64,000 bases of DNA from Eledone cirrhosa (taxonomy: Eukaryota): positions 276,210,001 through 276,274,000 of the forward strand of contig OZ024743.1 in the NCBI GenBank assembly GCA_964016885.1. Direction: 5' to 3'. Below the pieces are notes generated by a model. The model was not told where the DNA came from and ran no database searches. It saw only the letters and a program-made list of their open reading frames with translations. Each line of letters opens with the position of its first letter. Position 1 is the stretch's first letter. Of this stretch, positions 1 to 11,236 are shown one piece after another. A program made the position numbers and the translations under genes.

Positions 1-275
1 AGGTCTGCTTTAAGAGAACTAACAGAGCTACAACAACAACAACAACCAGAAGAAGGACAGAACAAAATAAAGATAATTAATTACTAATATAGATTTCTAA
101 TTTAAGAACAAGGCCAGCAATGTTATCAACCTCAGTACTTGAACTGGTACTTTATTTCATCCACACTGGAAAAACGAAAGGCAAAGCTAACTTCAACATA
201 ATTTGAACTCAAAATGTAAAGGGCCATAACTAAATTCCGATTCTGCCAATCCACCTTCTTAATAATGATAATAAT

Positions 276-453
276 AATTGTTTCTACTTTTGGCACAAGG
301 CCAGCAATTATCCCAGTGCATTACTGGTACTTTATTTTATCGACCCTGTAAGGATGAAAGGCAAAGTTAACCGTGGCCGCACTTGAACTCAGACCACAAA
401 GAGGCGTAACTATGCTACAACGCATGACCTCCGACCCTCTACCGATACTGCCA
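276..453 (-). mobile_element. tRNA-derived SINE, family B (central GCCTTTCATCCTTACGGGGTCGATAAAATAAAGTACCAG domain, (ATT)n tail)
   Basis: Reverse complement aligns by eye to copies at 4750-4930, 48325-48510 and 51686-51868. Older, degenerate relatives lie at about 90-260 and 615-770. Confidence 0.8.
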
Positions 454-466
454 TGATGGTGGTGAT

Positions 467-614
467 GCATTTAAACCAGCTGTATCAGGCTAGAATTCTT
501 TCACCTTTATGTTTAAACTGGCTGTAACCAGCCGCTCATACTGATGTTAAGGTATTGTTCTCGCCTTCACCGTGAAAATAAAATAGTAAATATAATGTAA
601 ATTGTAAAGGGTTA
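467..614. mobile_element. Degenerate MITE-like fragment ending in AAAGGGTTAA (piggyBac-like terminus)
   Basis: Right end reads gtaaagggttaa (TTAA target plus CCC/GGG terminus). Left end is missing. Confidence 0.3.
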
Positions 615-1569
615 AACACAAGGTCAGCCATTTTAGAGGAAGGGTAAGTTGATTATACTGACCCTCAGTACCTTGAGTAGTTCTTCATTCTATCATCACT
701 CAACAGCCCCACAAGAAGGATGTAAGGCAAGTTTGACTTAAGTGAGATTTGAACACACAAAAATAAAGAGCCACACCACACTAACAATAGTTTCTAACAA
801 TAATAAATAGTTATTCACACCAATTCTTTACCACAATCTCTCACACACACACACACACACACTATCACAAAAGAAGATTATGTTCTAAACATTGCAAAGC
901 TTTACAAAATTCGATCAGTAAAGGATGTAATAACACTTCAGATAGTAATTACGTGTTTTAATAATCTACACAGTAAAAAGAATTTTCTTTCTGTAATTAT
1001 TATTATTATCGTAATCTTTTTTCTGTATTTTCTTATATTCTCTTCATCATCATTGTTGATATTATTACTATTATTATTGTTATTATTATCATGATTATCA
1101 CCATCATAGTCATTATTGTTGGTATTATTAGCATTCCTATTATTATTTTTATTATTATTATTGGTAAGTCTTGTTTCCTCTCTAAAGAAATCAAAATTGA
1201 AAGAAGCCAGTCAGTCCGATAGAAAGAATAAAAGAAAAAAGCAAAAGTTATTCATTTTAATATGAGGACCTATTAAGCGGACAATGCTGGATGATCTGGC
1301 TAGCAATGATCAATATTACATACAAACAGATACATATATATGTATGTATGTATGTATACACACACACACACACACATATATACATACACACACACAATAG
1401 ATATATATATACTTACACACACACATAAACACATTCATGTGCATATGTCCAGTACGAACTTTACCAGCCAGAAAAAGCAGATAAAAATGATTAGGATCCA
1501 TATGTGTGTGTTTACAAATATATGCATGTAAATGTACATATACATACATATACATATATATACATACAT

Positions 1570-2238
1570 ATCATCATCATCACCGTTTAGCATGGGTTAG
1601 ACGGGTTGTCCTGTTGTGGGCAGTGTCTGGTCGGCTGACCATGCCTTGCTCATACAGGAACTGATCTGGCTTGATTTCTACAGCTGGATGCCCTTCCTAA
1701 CACCAACCTCATTTACAGTGAGTGCTGGGTGTTTTTTCGTGGCGCCTACACGTCCACTTTACAGTGTGGGCTGGGTGTTTTTTTGCCGTGGCACCTCCAC
1801 GACCACCTTGTGGTGGGGGGTGTGGGGGCATATTGTCTATGTGCTTCAGCTTGTACCCATGGAAGATCGGGTACTCTGTATTACTGCGTGACGCCAGAGG
1901 TCACAGTCGTGTGTCATTGCCTTTGAGAGGTGTAATTGGGTATGGTCGGCTTTTATCACCTCATCCCAGGTCATCTTGGGTCTCCCCACTCCACGGTTTC
2001 CATCGACTTCTAGTGCTCTGCACCTTTTTATGCAGCTGTCATCCTTCATACGCATCACATGTCCATACCAGCGCAACCGCCTCTCCTGCACACAGCATTT
2101 GATTCCTCTTATGCTCAGTCTCTCTCTCTCAATTCATTTATGCTTTGTCTTTCACGTATATTACTGTTACACATCCATCGGAGCATGCAGGCTTCATTTC
2201 TCTCTAATCTACGTAAGTCTTCCACCTTCAGCGCCCAT
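1570..2238 (-). mobile_element. 5'-truncated RTE-clade LINE 3' fragment joined to a SINE-A-type tail
   Basis: Minus-strand translation [23 protein letters not shown]...[18 protein letters not shown]...[14 protein letters not shown] (frameshifted), followed by gttggtgttaggaagggcatccagctgtagaaa, cccgtctaacccatgc and (GAT)n. Confidence 0.9.
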
Positions 2239-2384
2239 GTGTATATGTGTATATATATATATATATACATATATACATACACATATATACATACATATAC
2301 ATATATACATACATATACATATATACATACATATACATATATACATACATATGCATATACATATACACATACACATACATATAC

Positions 2385-2428
<44 letters not shown>

Positions 2429-2429
<1 letters not shown>

Positions 2430-2760
2430 GAGGCACATGGCTTAGTGGTTAAAGCATTGGCCTTGCAATCGAAAGGTTGTGAGTTCAATTCTCAGACCGG
2501 GTGATGTGTTGTTTCCTTGAGCAAGACACTTTATTTCACATTGCTCCAGTTTACTCAGCTGTAGAAATGAGATGATAGGACTGGAGTCCCTATCATTCCA
2601 TTGCAAAGTGGTCGTGGAGGTGCCAAGGCAAAAAAGCACCCACTGTAAATGAGGTTGGTGTTAGGAAGGGCATCCAGCTGTAGAAATCAAGCCAGAATCA
2701 GTTCCCGTCCCACCCTTGCTAGCGGGGAAAAGCGGACGTAAAATGAAATGATGAATGATG
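2429..2760 (+). mobile_element. tRNA-derived SINE, family A (full length)
   Basis: Pol III A box TGGCTTAGTGG, B box GTTCAATTC, CORE-like TCCTTGAGCAAGACACTTTA, RTE-type tail GGACGTAAAATGA(TGA)n. Near-identical copies occur elsewhere in the window. Confidence 0.9.
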
Positions 2761-2767
2761 AAATACA

Positions 2768-2799
<32 letters not shown>

Positions 2800-2850
2800 C
2801 ATATACATACATACATATATATACATACATACATATATATACATATATAC

Positions 2851-2890
<40 letters not shown>

Positions 2891-2968
2891 ATACATACAT
2901 ATACATACATATATATATACATACATATATATATATATACATACATATACATACATGTATATACATAC

Positions 2969-3028
<60 letters not shown>

Positions 3029-3088
3029 TTACATTTACATACATATACATACAAACACATACATACACATACATACATATATATATAT

Positions 3089-3411
3089 ATCATCATTCAT
3101 CATCATCATTTCATTTAACGTCCACTTTTTCCCTGCTTGCAAGGGTGGGACGGGAACTGATTCTGGCTTGATTTCTACAGCTGGGTGCCCTTCCTAACAC
3201 CAACCTCATTTACAGTGAGTGCTGGGTGCTTTTTTGCCGTGGCACCTCCACGACCACTTTGCAGTGGAATGATATGGACCCCAGTCCCTATCATCTCATT
3301 TCTACAGCTGAGTAAACTGGAGCAATGTGAAATAAAGTGTCTTGCTCAAGGAAACAACACATCACCCGGTCTGAGAATTGAACTCACAACCTTTCGATTG
3401 CAAGGCCAATG
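3089..3411 (-). mobile_element. SINE family A, slightly 5'-truncated
   Basis: Reverse complement of 2455-2760; lacks the A-box end. Confidence 0.9.
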
Positions 3412-3777
3412 TATATACAAGGCCAATATATATACATATATATATATACATACATACACATATATACATATATATATATACATAAATATATACATAAATA
3501 TATACATATATATATATACATATATATATACATATATATACATACATATATACATATATATATACATATATATATATACATATATATATATACATATATA
3601 TATATACATATATATATACATATATATATATACATATATATATACATATATATATACATATATATATATACATACATATACCTATATATATATACATACA
3701 TATACCTATATATATATACATATATATATATACATATATTCATATACATTCATATATACATATACATACATACATAT

Positions 3778-4361
3778 GGTGGCTGCCAACTCATTTTCGA
3801 GTACGGCCACTACTTAATATCCATGTAGGAGAACTACCGATGCGCTGAACGAGTGTGACTTTTTAGTCCAGCCAGCGACTTGAAAACTCTGGTACAAACA
3901 CTACACCTGTGACAATTATTGACACATAGTGCTGGGCCCATGGCCATGTGACGACAAGTGCAGAGAGATCTCCAGATATAAAGCAATGCCTGTGCCGTGA
4001 AGCTTTTATAATGAGCAAAGGCACTGCACAAAGCCAGTCCCACTCTCTTAACCAAGATGATATTTACCAAAAAGATGAACATGTCAACATCATTGGATAC
4101 CATCAGAGTTGCAGGTGTTATATCAGAGTTTTCCTTCTCCTAGAATTCTGCCTTGACAAAGGCTAAGGGGTCATCTCTCCCGGTGATTTTGGATGGCCAT
4201 TGACTCTGAAGAGCTCCTTTGCCCTTTTGACAGGTTTTGTGTTTAGTCCTGCAGGTTGTCCAAAGTCACCCTCCTCACCAAGAAACCTTGGTGGGGTTGC
4301 CAGTTTAGTCGCCAACGACCCGACCATGAGACAGGTTGTACTGGGATACATGTTACCAGTA
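3778..4361 (-). mobile_element. Internally deleted (bipartite) RTE/BovB-like non-autonomous element
   Basis: Minus strand has an RTE-5'UTR-like motif (ctaggagaaggaaaactctga), then a C-terminal C2H2 finger [22 protein letters not shown], and a tail ctcgaaaatgagttggcagccacc shared with the stub at 51319-51353. No RT sequence between them. Confidence 0.6.
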
Positions 4362-4589
4362 GCATACATATACATACATACATATGTGTGTGTGTGTCTG
4401 TGTGTGTACGCAAACAGAGACACACACGCTAAAGTGTCTTGATCATCATATAAATCTATAATATAAAGCCTCTAATGAGATAGTTTCATATCAGTCACAT
4501 CATATATTGTCTAATATAAAGTGACATCATCTTTGTAACCATATATATTGTGTAAGCTATCAGCATCATTATCATCACTCTTATAACTT

Positions 4590-5360
4590 TCTAGCATAGT
4601 TACGTCACTTTACAGTCTGAGTTCAAATCCCGCCGAGGTTAACTTTGCCTTACGGGGTGGATAAAATAAAGTACCAGTAATGTACTGGGTTATTGCTGGC
4701 CTTGTGCCTAAAGTAGAAACAATTATTATCATCAGTATAGGGCGGGGGATTGGCAGTATCAGTAGAAGGTCGGACGCCATGCTTTCCAGCATAGTTACGT
4801 CCCTTTACGGTCTGAGTTCAAATCCCGCCAAGGTTAACTTTGCCTTTCATCCTTACGGGGTTGATAAAATAAAGTACCAGTAATGTACTGGGTTATTGCT
4901 GGCCTTGTGCCAAAAGTAGAAATTATTATTATCATCGGCATCTTTTAGTTCTTTACATTCTCAGTTCAAATCCTGCTGCGGTTAGCTTTGCCTTTCATCA
5001 TTACAGGGTCGATAAAATGAAGCTCCAGTAACGCACTGGGGTTGATTTAATCAACTTTCGCCGCCTCAAAATTATTGGCCTTGTGCAGTATCGTTAGATT
5101 ATCAGACACTATGCTTTGTGACATGGAGTTACTGCCCTTTATGTTCTGAGCTCAAATAACACTAGCGTTAGCTTTGCTTTTCATCCCTATGGGGTCAAGA
5201 AAGTACCAGTAATGCACTGGTTTGATTTAATCGACTCTAGCAGTATTTTCTCCGGCCCTTTACATTCCAAGTTCAAATCCCACACAAGTCAACTCCGCCT
5301 TTCATCTTTTGATAAAATAAAATACCAGTCACGTACTAGAGTTGATTTAATCAACTTTGC
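4590..5360 (+). mobile_element. Tandem cluster of about 5 SINE-B copies of different ages
   Basis: Repeated gagttcaaatccc...actttgcctttcatc...gataaaataaagtaccag units starting near 4615, 4750, 4960, 5140 and 5265. Confidence 0.8.
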
Positions 5361-7257
5361 CCATAAATATATTAATATTTATATTTATATATATAAAGGT
5401 GGTAACCATCAGAAAAAATCAATTACTACTAATTTAAGTAATATTTTTAATTAATTATTTTTTAAAGGACAAAAATATTTCTTTTTACTATTTATGACTT
5501 TTAAGAATAAATATATATATTAAGTACTTAGAACCAACAAGTTGATAATTAATGAATATTCTAAAAAAAATGTTTCCAATTCTATTTCTTTTTAAAGAAA
5601 TTTTTAAAATATTTTGAAAATATATGGAACAAAATAATTTGAAATGAAGCTCATCAAATATTAATAAATAAAATTCATTAATATTAATGATTTCTAACAG
5701 AGGCACAAGGTAGTTTTGAAGTAAAATTGACCTCTAGGATTTAAACATTAAGTGCAAACAGCCTGAACAAATACCACAATCTGATGCAATTCACTGCCTT
5801 AACCTCTAACAATGAGAACAAATAATTCTTTTATTCTTGTACTAGTTTCAGTCAATGGGCAATGAACAGGCTCAGACACTACCTCTTTAGACAATTAAAC
5901 CAGCATCCATTGTCTATTTTATCAAACTAAGAAGGAAGGAAAAATGCAAACAATGGCAAGATTTGAACTCAGGCTGTAAAATGGTGAGTAAACAAATACT
6001 GAATGTCCTTTGTAGCGGGGGGGGGGGGGGGGGGTCTAACATTACCATTCTGTCATCATTCAACACTTTAACAATTCTGTTATCAACTCATAGCAAAAAA
6101 AAAAATTTAAATACTACTAATATTAATGGCTTCTAATTTTGGAGAGAAGAGGAAGTTTGATTAAATCGCAACCAGTATTTGACTGGTACTTTTTGATACC
6201 CCAGTACTTGACTAGTACTTTATTTTATCAACATCACAACTTAGAACGTAAAAGGGCTGGAAGAATTAACGCTAAGCATTTGTCTGCCCTTCTAACGACT
6301 TCCAATCTAGCACCCTTAAATTGATCAGGGATTGAAACAGCTATCTAAACATTGTAAAATGTTCACCATTCCAGACCAAGAATGTTACTAACAATATGAA
6401 AAAAAAACATTGAAAATTCAAGAGGCCAATAAACATAAAACAACAAAACTACAAAATTAAAATTCAAGGATGCCTTTTAAAAATATTTGTTTTTCTTTTA
6501 TCAGAGAGTGAAGGGGCTGGTTTGTAAAGTGCATTTCAGTTAACAGTTGGAATAGACAATTTAGCAAGGGTAAAAATATATACAGAGAAATTAGCAAATT
6601 ATCAGTTCTAATCTAACGATCCTCTCAAAACAAACTGTTTAAAATCTTATAGTTTCCCTTAAATACATAAATACGAAAAGAAGTAACTTATACATAGAGA
6701 ATGAAGCATATATTTTAATTTACTTTTGAAACTTAAAAGTTTGAAGTCAAATGAGTAGATTGAAATTAGGATAGGTTTTTGTTTCTCTTTTCCACAATAC
6801 AACATTGTTTGAAGTTTTCAAAAACAAGAACTCAGATAAATAGGGAAAAAAGGAAACAAATATTTTTTTTAAAAAAAGGAAAAGAAAGACAAAAAGAAGA
6901 GGTAAGAGATAAGTGCATACATACACACATTCGCTCATATATATATATATATGCATGTGTGCATGTTCACTGGTTTTCAGGATAGGTACATAGTACGTCT
7001 GCATGACATAAGAAGCAACAAAAGAGGTTGGCACCAGGGAAGGCATAAAGAAAAACACAGCCTTTCAAAAGGTCCAATGAAATAGATGCCAGCATGGAAA
7101 AATGGACGTAAAAAAAATGATAATGATGATACATACATTACACACACACGCATATATATATATATATATATGTAGAGGTTATATTTAATTTGTTGGGATA
7201 CAACAAGCAAAATATTTTTATAACTGATATAAAGCACTCAACAAATTATTGGAGTAA

Positions 7258-7618
7258 ATATACAATATATTAACAAATGGAAACTATATTTATAAAACCA
7301 TATTTATTTAATTATACATACTTCAAGGGCCACCTGAGCAAACTATGGTGCGCTTTCATCAGATAAAATATAATATAGGTTAGTTTTATAAATAAATATT
7401 GACATACCCTTAAAAAATGCAAAAAAATCTCCTGGAGATTCCAACCAGAATGGTTGCATTTGTTAAGGGTATGTCAATATTTATTTATAAAACTAACCTA
7501 TATTATATTTTATCTGATGAAAGCGCACCATAGTTTGCTCAGGTGGCCCTTGAAATATGTATAATGAAATAAATATGGTTTTATAAATATAGTTTCCATT
7601 TGTTAATATATTGTATAT
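7258..7618. repeat. Long inverted repeat (165-bp arms, 31-bp spacer), probably Penelope-like pLTR-derived
   Basis: 7258-7422 is the reverse complement of 7454-7618 with about 3 mismatches. Each arm carries a hammerhead-like motif. Confidence 0.9.
7506..7571 (+). ncRNA. Type I hammerhead ribozyme motif
   Basis: Stem I tattttat/atgaaata; CTGATGA 7514-7520; stem II aagcgcacc...ggtggccctt; GAAA 7552-7555; minimal stem III atatgtat; AUA site ending at 7563. Confidence 0.65.
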
Positions 7619-7772
7619 ATATATATTACACATACACTATATACATAAAAAGGAGCATGCCATAGCTTTTAGGGAAGGCATACCATATCCTTGCATGGGA
7701 ATAATAATAGGGTCAAAGGAATCCTTTAGTCCTGCTGAGGCTAAAACAACCTCTCTGATGCTGATACCATAA

Positions 7773-7890
7773 TCGTTTCTACTTTTGGCACAAGGCCAGC
7801 AATTATCCCAGTGTATTATTGGTACTTTATTTTATCGACACCATAAGGATGAAAGGCAAAGTTAACCTTGGTGGGATTTGAACTCAGACA
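7773..7890 (-). mobile_element. SINE family B, 5'-truncated, followed by a degenerate SINE-A tail on + (7890-8030)
   Basis: Matches the family B consensus; the next segment contains gtagttggttttgaaaagggcattcagctttggaaac. Confidence 0.75.
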
Positions 7891-8474
7891 AAGTACACTC
7901 AGTAAAGTAGTTGGTTTTGAAAAGGGCATTCAGCTTTGGAAACAATGTGACCTTCCAATCCACCTGGACATGCAGTGACCTAGACTACGACAACCCATAC
8001 AATGTGCCAGCAAAAAAAAACCAACACGAAAAAATTTGGTGTGAAAGACTATGATACATGTGTGTGTGCTCTGTCTCCTTGTCTCCCTTCAAAACCTCCA
8101 TGCTCCCCAAAATTTGCCAACACTACACTCGATATTCCGCCACCATGCACATGTATGCATGTATCTGTGTGTATATCATAACTCATACACTGTTCACTTT
8201 CCTGGCATTTGTACATTTTTGTATGTACTATACATGCACCTTTAATGGGTTGTAGTGCACCTGAGCACTGTACACAATAATTTTAGCATTATTTTAAAAC
8301 TCAGTATTGTCAACACAAATAGAAATTGATAAAATAAACACTTGACTGCCATAATAAACGATGTGATTGACTATCTTCCTGAAGACATATTCAACAAGGT
8401 CAAAGTCCAATGACTGAAACTAGCAAATTAATATAAATTTGACAAACATTGCATATTTATTTATACATGAGTAT

Positions 8475-8534
<60 letters not shown>

Positions 8535-9334
8535 CCCACACATGTTCACTAATGTCAGGATAGAACACAGACATAAAACTATGATGATGATCATCATCAT
8601 CATCATTATCCAATTTCCTTGTTAGCACGAGCTAGATAGGATGTTAACAGACATGAAGGTACTGACTTCACGGATAGGCTTGGAAACCGGCATCTTGCTT
8701 ACATAAGTTCCTCAACTTTACCAAGTCCTCAGACAGGCTAAACATTCCTTCCGATTCTTTTATTTGGCAAGTGATCTACAGTTGGCTGGCTGTCTTTCCT
8801 ATCACCAACTACTTTACACAGTGTATTGGGTGCGTTTATCATGCAGCTCAACAACACTAGAGAGGTTGTCACGCCTCGACAGAACTGGAGAGTCTTGACA
8901 ACCCTTTTAGACATGTTTTCTACTGTGGGATGCCCTTCCAGTCACTGACCATCTCACAAAGTATACTGGGTGCATTTTTCGTGGCACTAGCCCTAGACAG
9001 ATTGTTGACTTAAATGAAAAGCTCTTTCTATGCGGAATATAGCAAGCCCTGTGAGTGAAACTAGATAGAGGAAAGTGTACAGCAACCAATTAAATGGAGT
9101 GCACCTGTAATTCGAAACTGTAGCCATGCTGATTATACTTGACAATCATGTTATGGGCACACGTATTGAGTCCACCATAAATGCACACTTTTTTTTTTCA
9201 ACCTCCCCAAACTCTTCTTTCTCCTAACTCTTTCCTGATGAAGGACTAACACCTGATACTTTGAGACATTTTTCCCTTTTCCCACAAGTGTGAAACTAAT
9301 AAGACCATGTATAATTATTCTGTGTTATATACAA

Positions 9335-11232
9335 CAGATTTACATAGCATGTAAAGAAGCTGAATGCAGGTTTATCAACATTTTGCAATGTGATGAACAG
9401 AGGCGTGGTGTTCCACAAAAGAAAATAGTGTGCTAGTATGAACCAAGAGGTGGTTGGAGGAAAATGTGTAAAGAATAATATTGGTGTACATATCCTCACT
9501 GATACCCAGAAGAAAGAAGCTTGGAAATGTTATTACAAGATGATGATGAATCTGGAGAATGATCGGAAAGAAGCGGGTCCACTCCCAGTTGACTTAACTG
9601 AGGGAGCAGCTAGCCAAGTTTGATAGTTACAAGGTCAAAAAAGCAACAAGGGAGATAAAAAACAGAAAAACTGGAATGCTGAAATCATCTGGTGAAGTAA
9701 GAGTCAAAATAGTCACGCACATAGTCAATCGAGTATTATATGATGGTGCCATACCCAATAACAGTATAATCATTAATTGTTACAAGGGTGATACTTTAGA
9801 AAGGGGCAACTACAGGAGCATCAAACTGACAGATTAATTCATGAAAGTGATAGAAAGGGTTTTAGCAAAACTACTTGGGAAAATAGTCAAATTAGGTGAG
9901 GTGCAGTTTGGTTTTGTACCAGGAGCAATCACAGATGCTCTCTTCTTAGTGAGATAGCTACAAGAAATTCCTAACCAATTGTTAGTTGTCATATCCAGCT
10001 GTTGATAATCTGGAGAAAGCCTTTGACAGAGTTCCGTGTTCTCTTATTTGGTGGTCTTTAGGAAATCAGAAGTAGATAAGTGCCTTGTGAGAGCAGTGCA
10101 AGCCATGTAATGAATTTATTGAGGAATTCAATGTGAAGGTAAAGGTTCATTAAGGCTCAGTCCTCAGCCCCCAACCTGCTTATTTTAGTTCTGCAGGTCA
10201 AAACAGAGGAGTTTATGACAGGATGTCCATGGAAACTTCCCTAAGATGAAGACCAGGTTCTTATTACTGAATCTGTGGAAGGAAGCTAGAGAAGAAATTC
10301 TTACAGTGGAAACAGAACTTAGAATGAAAAGGACACACAGTAAACTTAGCAAAGACCAAAGTTTTAGTAAGTAGGAAAGACAGGACTCAGAAGTGGTTGT
10401 ACTTCTTATGTAGAGGAGTAGGTAGGAATGCTAGACAATGTACAGTGTAAAACATGAGTACACATGTTGTAGTGGGATCGTAGGCAGGCTAACAGAAAAA
10501 GTAGGCTCTGTAATTGGGGATGGACAAGTAAGTAGTAAGAGCTTCAGTGAAATGCTTTTCTTCAATCTCATCATGCAATGTGAGAACCAGAAGTATATGG
10601 AGTGCCACACAGCAAAGCAGTGAGCAATTGTGAAGTAGTTGATAGCTTCTATTACCTAGGCGACCTTATTAGCAGTGGCAGGAGCTGCTCTAAACGTATA
10701 GTATGTGTAAGTAGAATAAGAACATAATCGGAAAAGTTTTGAGAGTTACTGCCTGTTGACAACAAAAGGCTTCTCTCTAGAAATGAAAGGCCAGCTGTAT
10801 AATGCCTACATGCAAAATGCAATGTTGCATGAAAGTGAAACATAGGCAGTCAATGTAAAGGATATGTAGAAGCTGGAGAGAAATGAAAAATGATCATGTT
10901 CAAAGGGTGCGTGATGATGTGTGAATGGTAAAGCAGAGATAAGCTAAGAGAAAAACTGCATATAAAGGGAAATTAAATGTAGTGTGCAGGAGAGAAAACT
11001 GTGTCGGTATGGATGATGATTGTTGAATGAAGAAGTCCCAGGAGTCTCAGTGGAAGGAAGCTGCAGTAGAGGAAGCCCAAGGAGAGAACTGAGCAGAAGT
11101 GGTGAAAATGGATCTCAAGATGCTAAGCCACACACAGAGGTGGTGATGACAAAATGTAGGAGGTGGAGGAAGGTGGTAATGGAAAAGGCTCGTCCAACAC
11201 ATGCAAGAATGAAAAACATAATGGACGTAAAG
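9335..11232 (+). pseudogene. Decayed RTE-clade LINE ORF2 (reverse transcriptase through 3' end)
   Basis: Fragmentary motifs in the expected order: NQEVVGGKCV..KKEAWKCYY, NYRSIKL, QFGFVPG, LEKAFDRVP, GSVLSP, a degenerate YADD region, VNLAKTKVLV, VDSFYYLGDLIS, LERNE. Many stops and frameshifts. Ends cgtccaacacatgcaagaatg...ggacgtaaa. Confidence 0.9.
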
Positions 11233-11236
11233 GATT

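Noticed and set aside
2429-2500. tRNA gene
   Set aside because: A and B boxes are present, but I could not build a proper cloverleaf; it is the head of a multicopy SINE.
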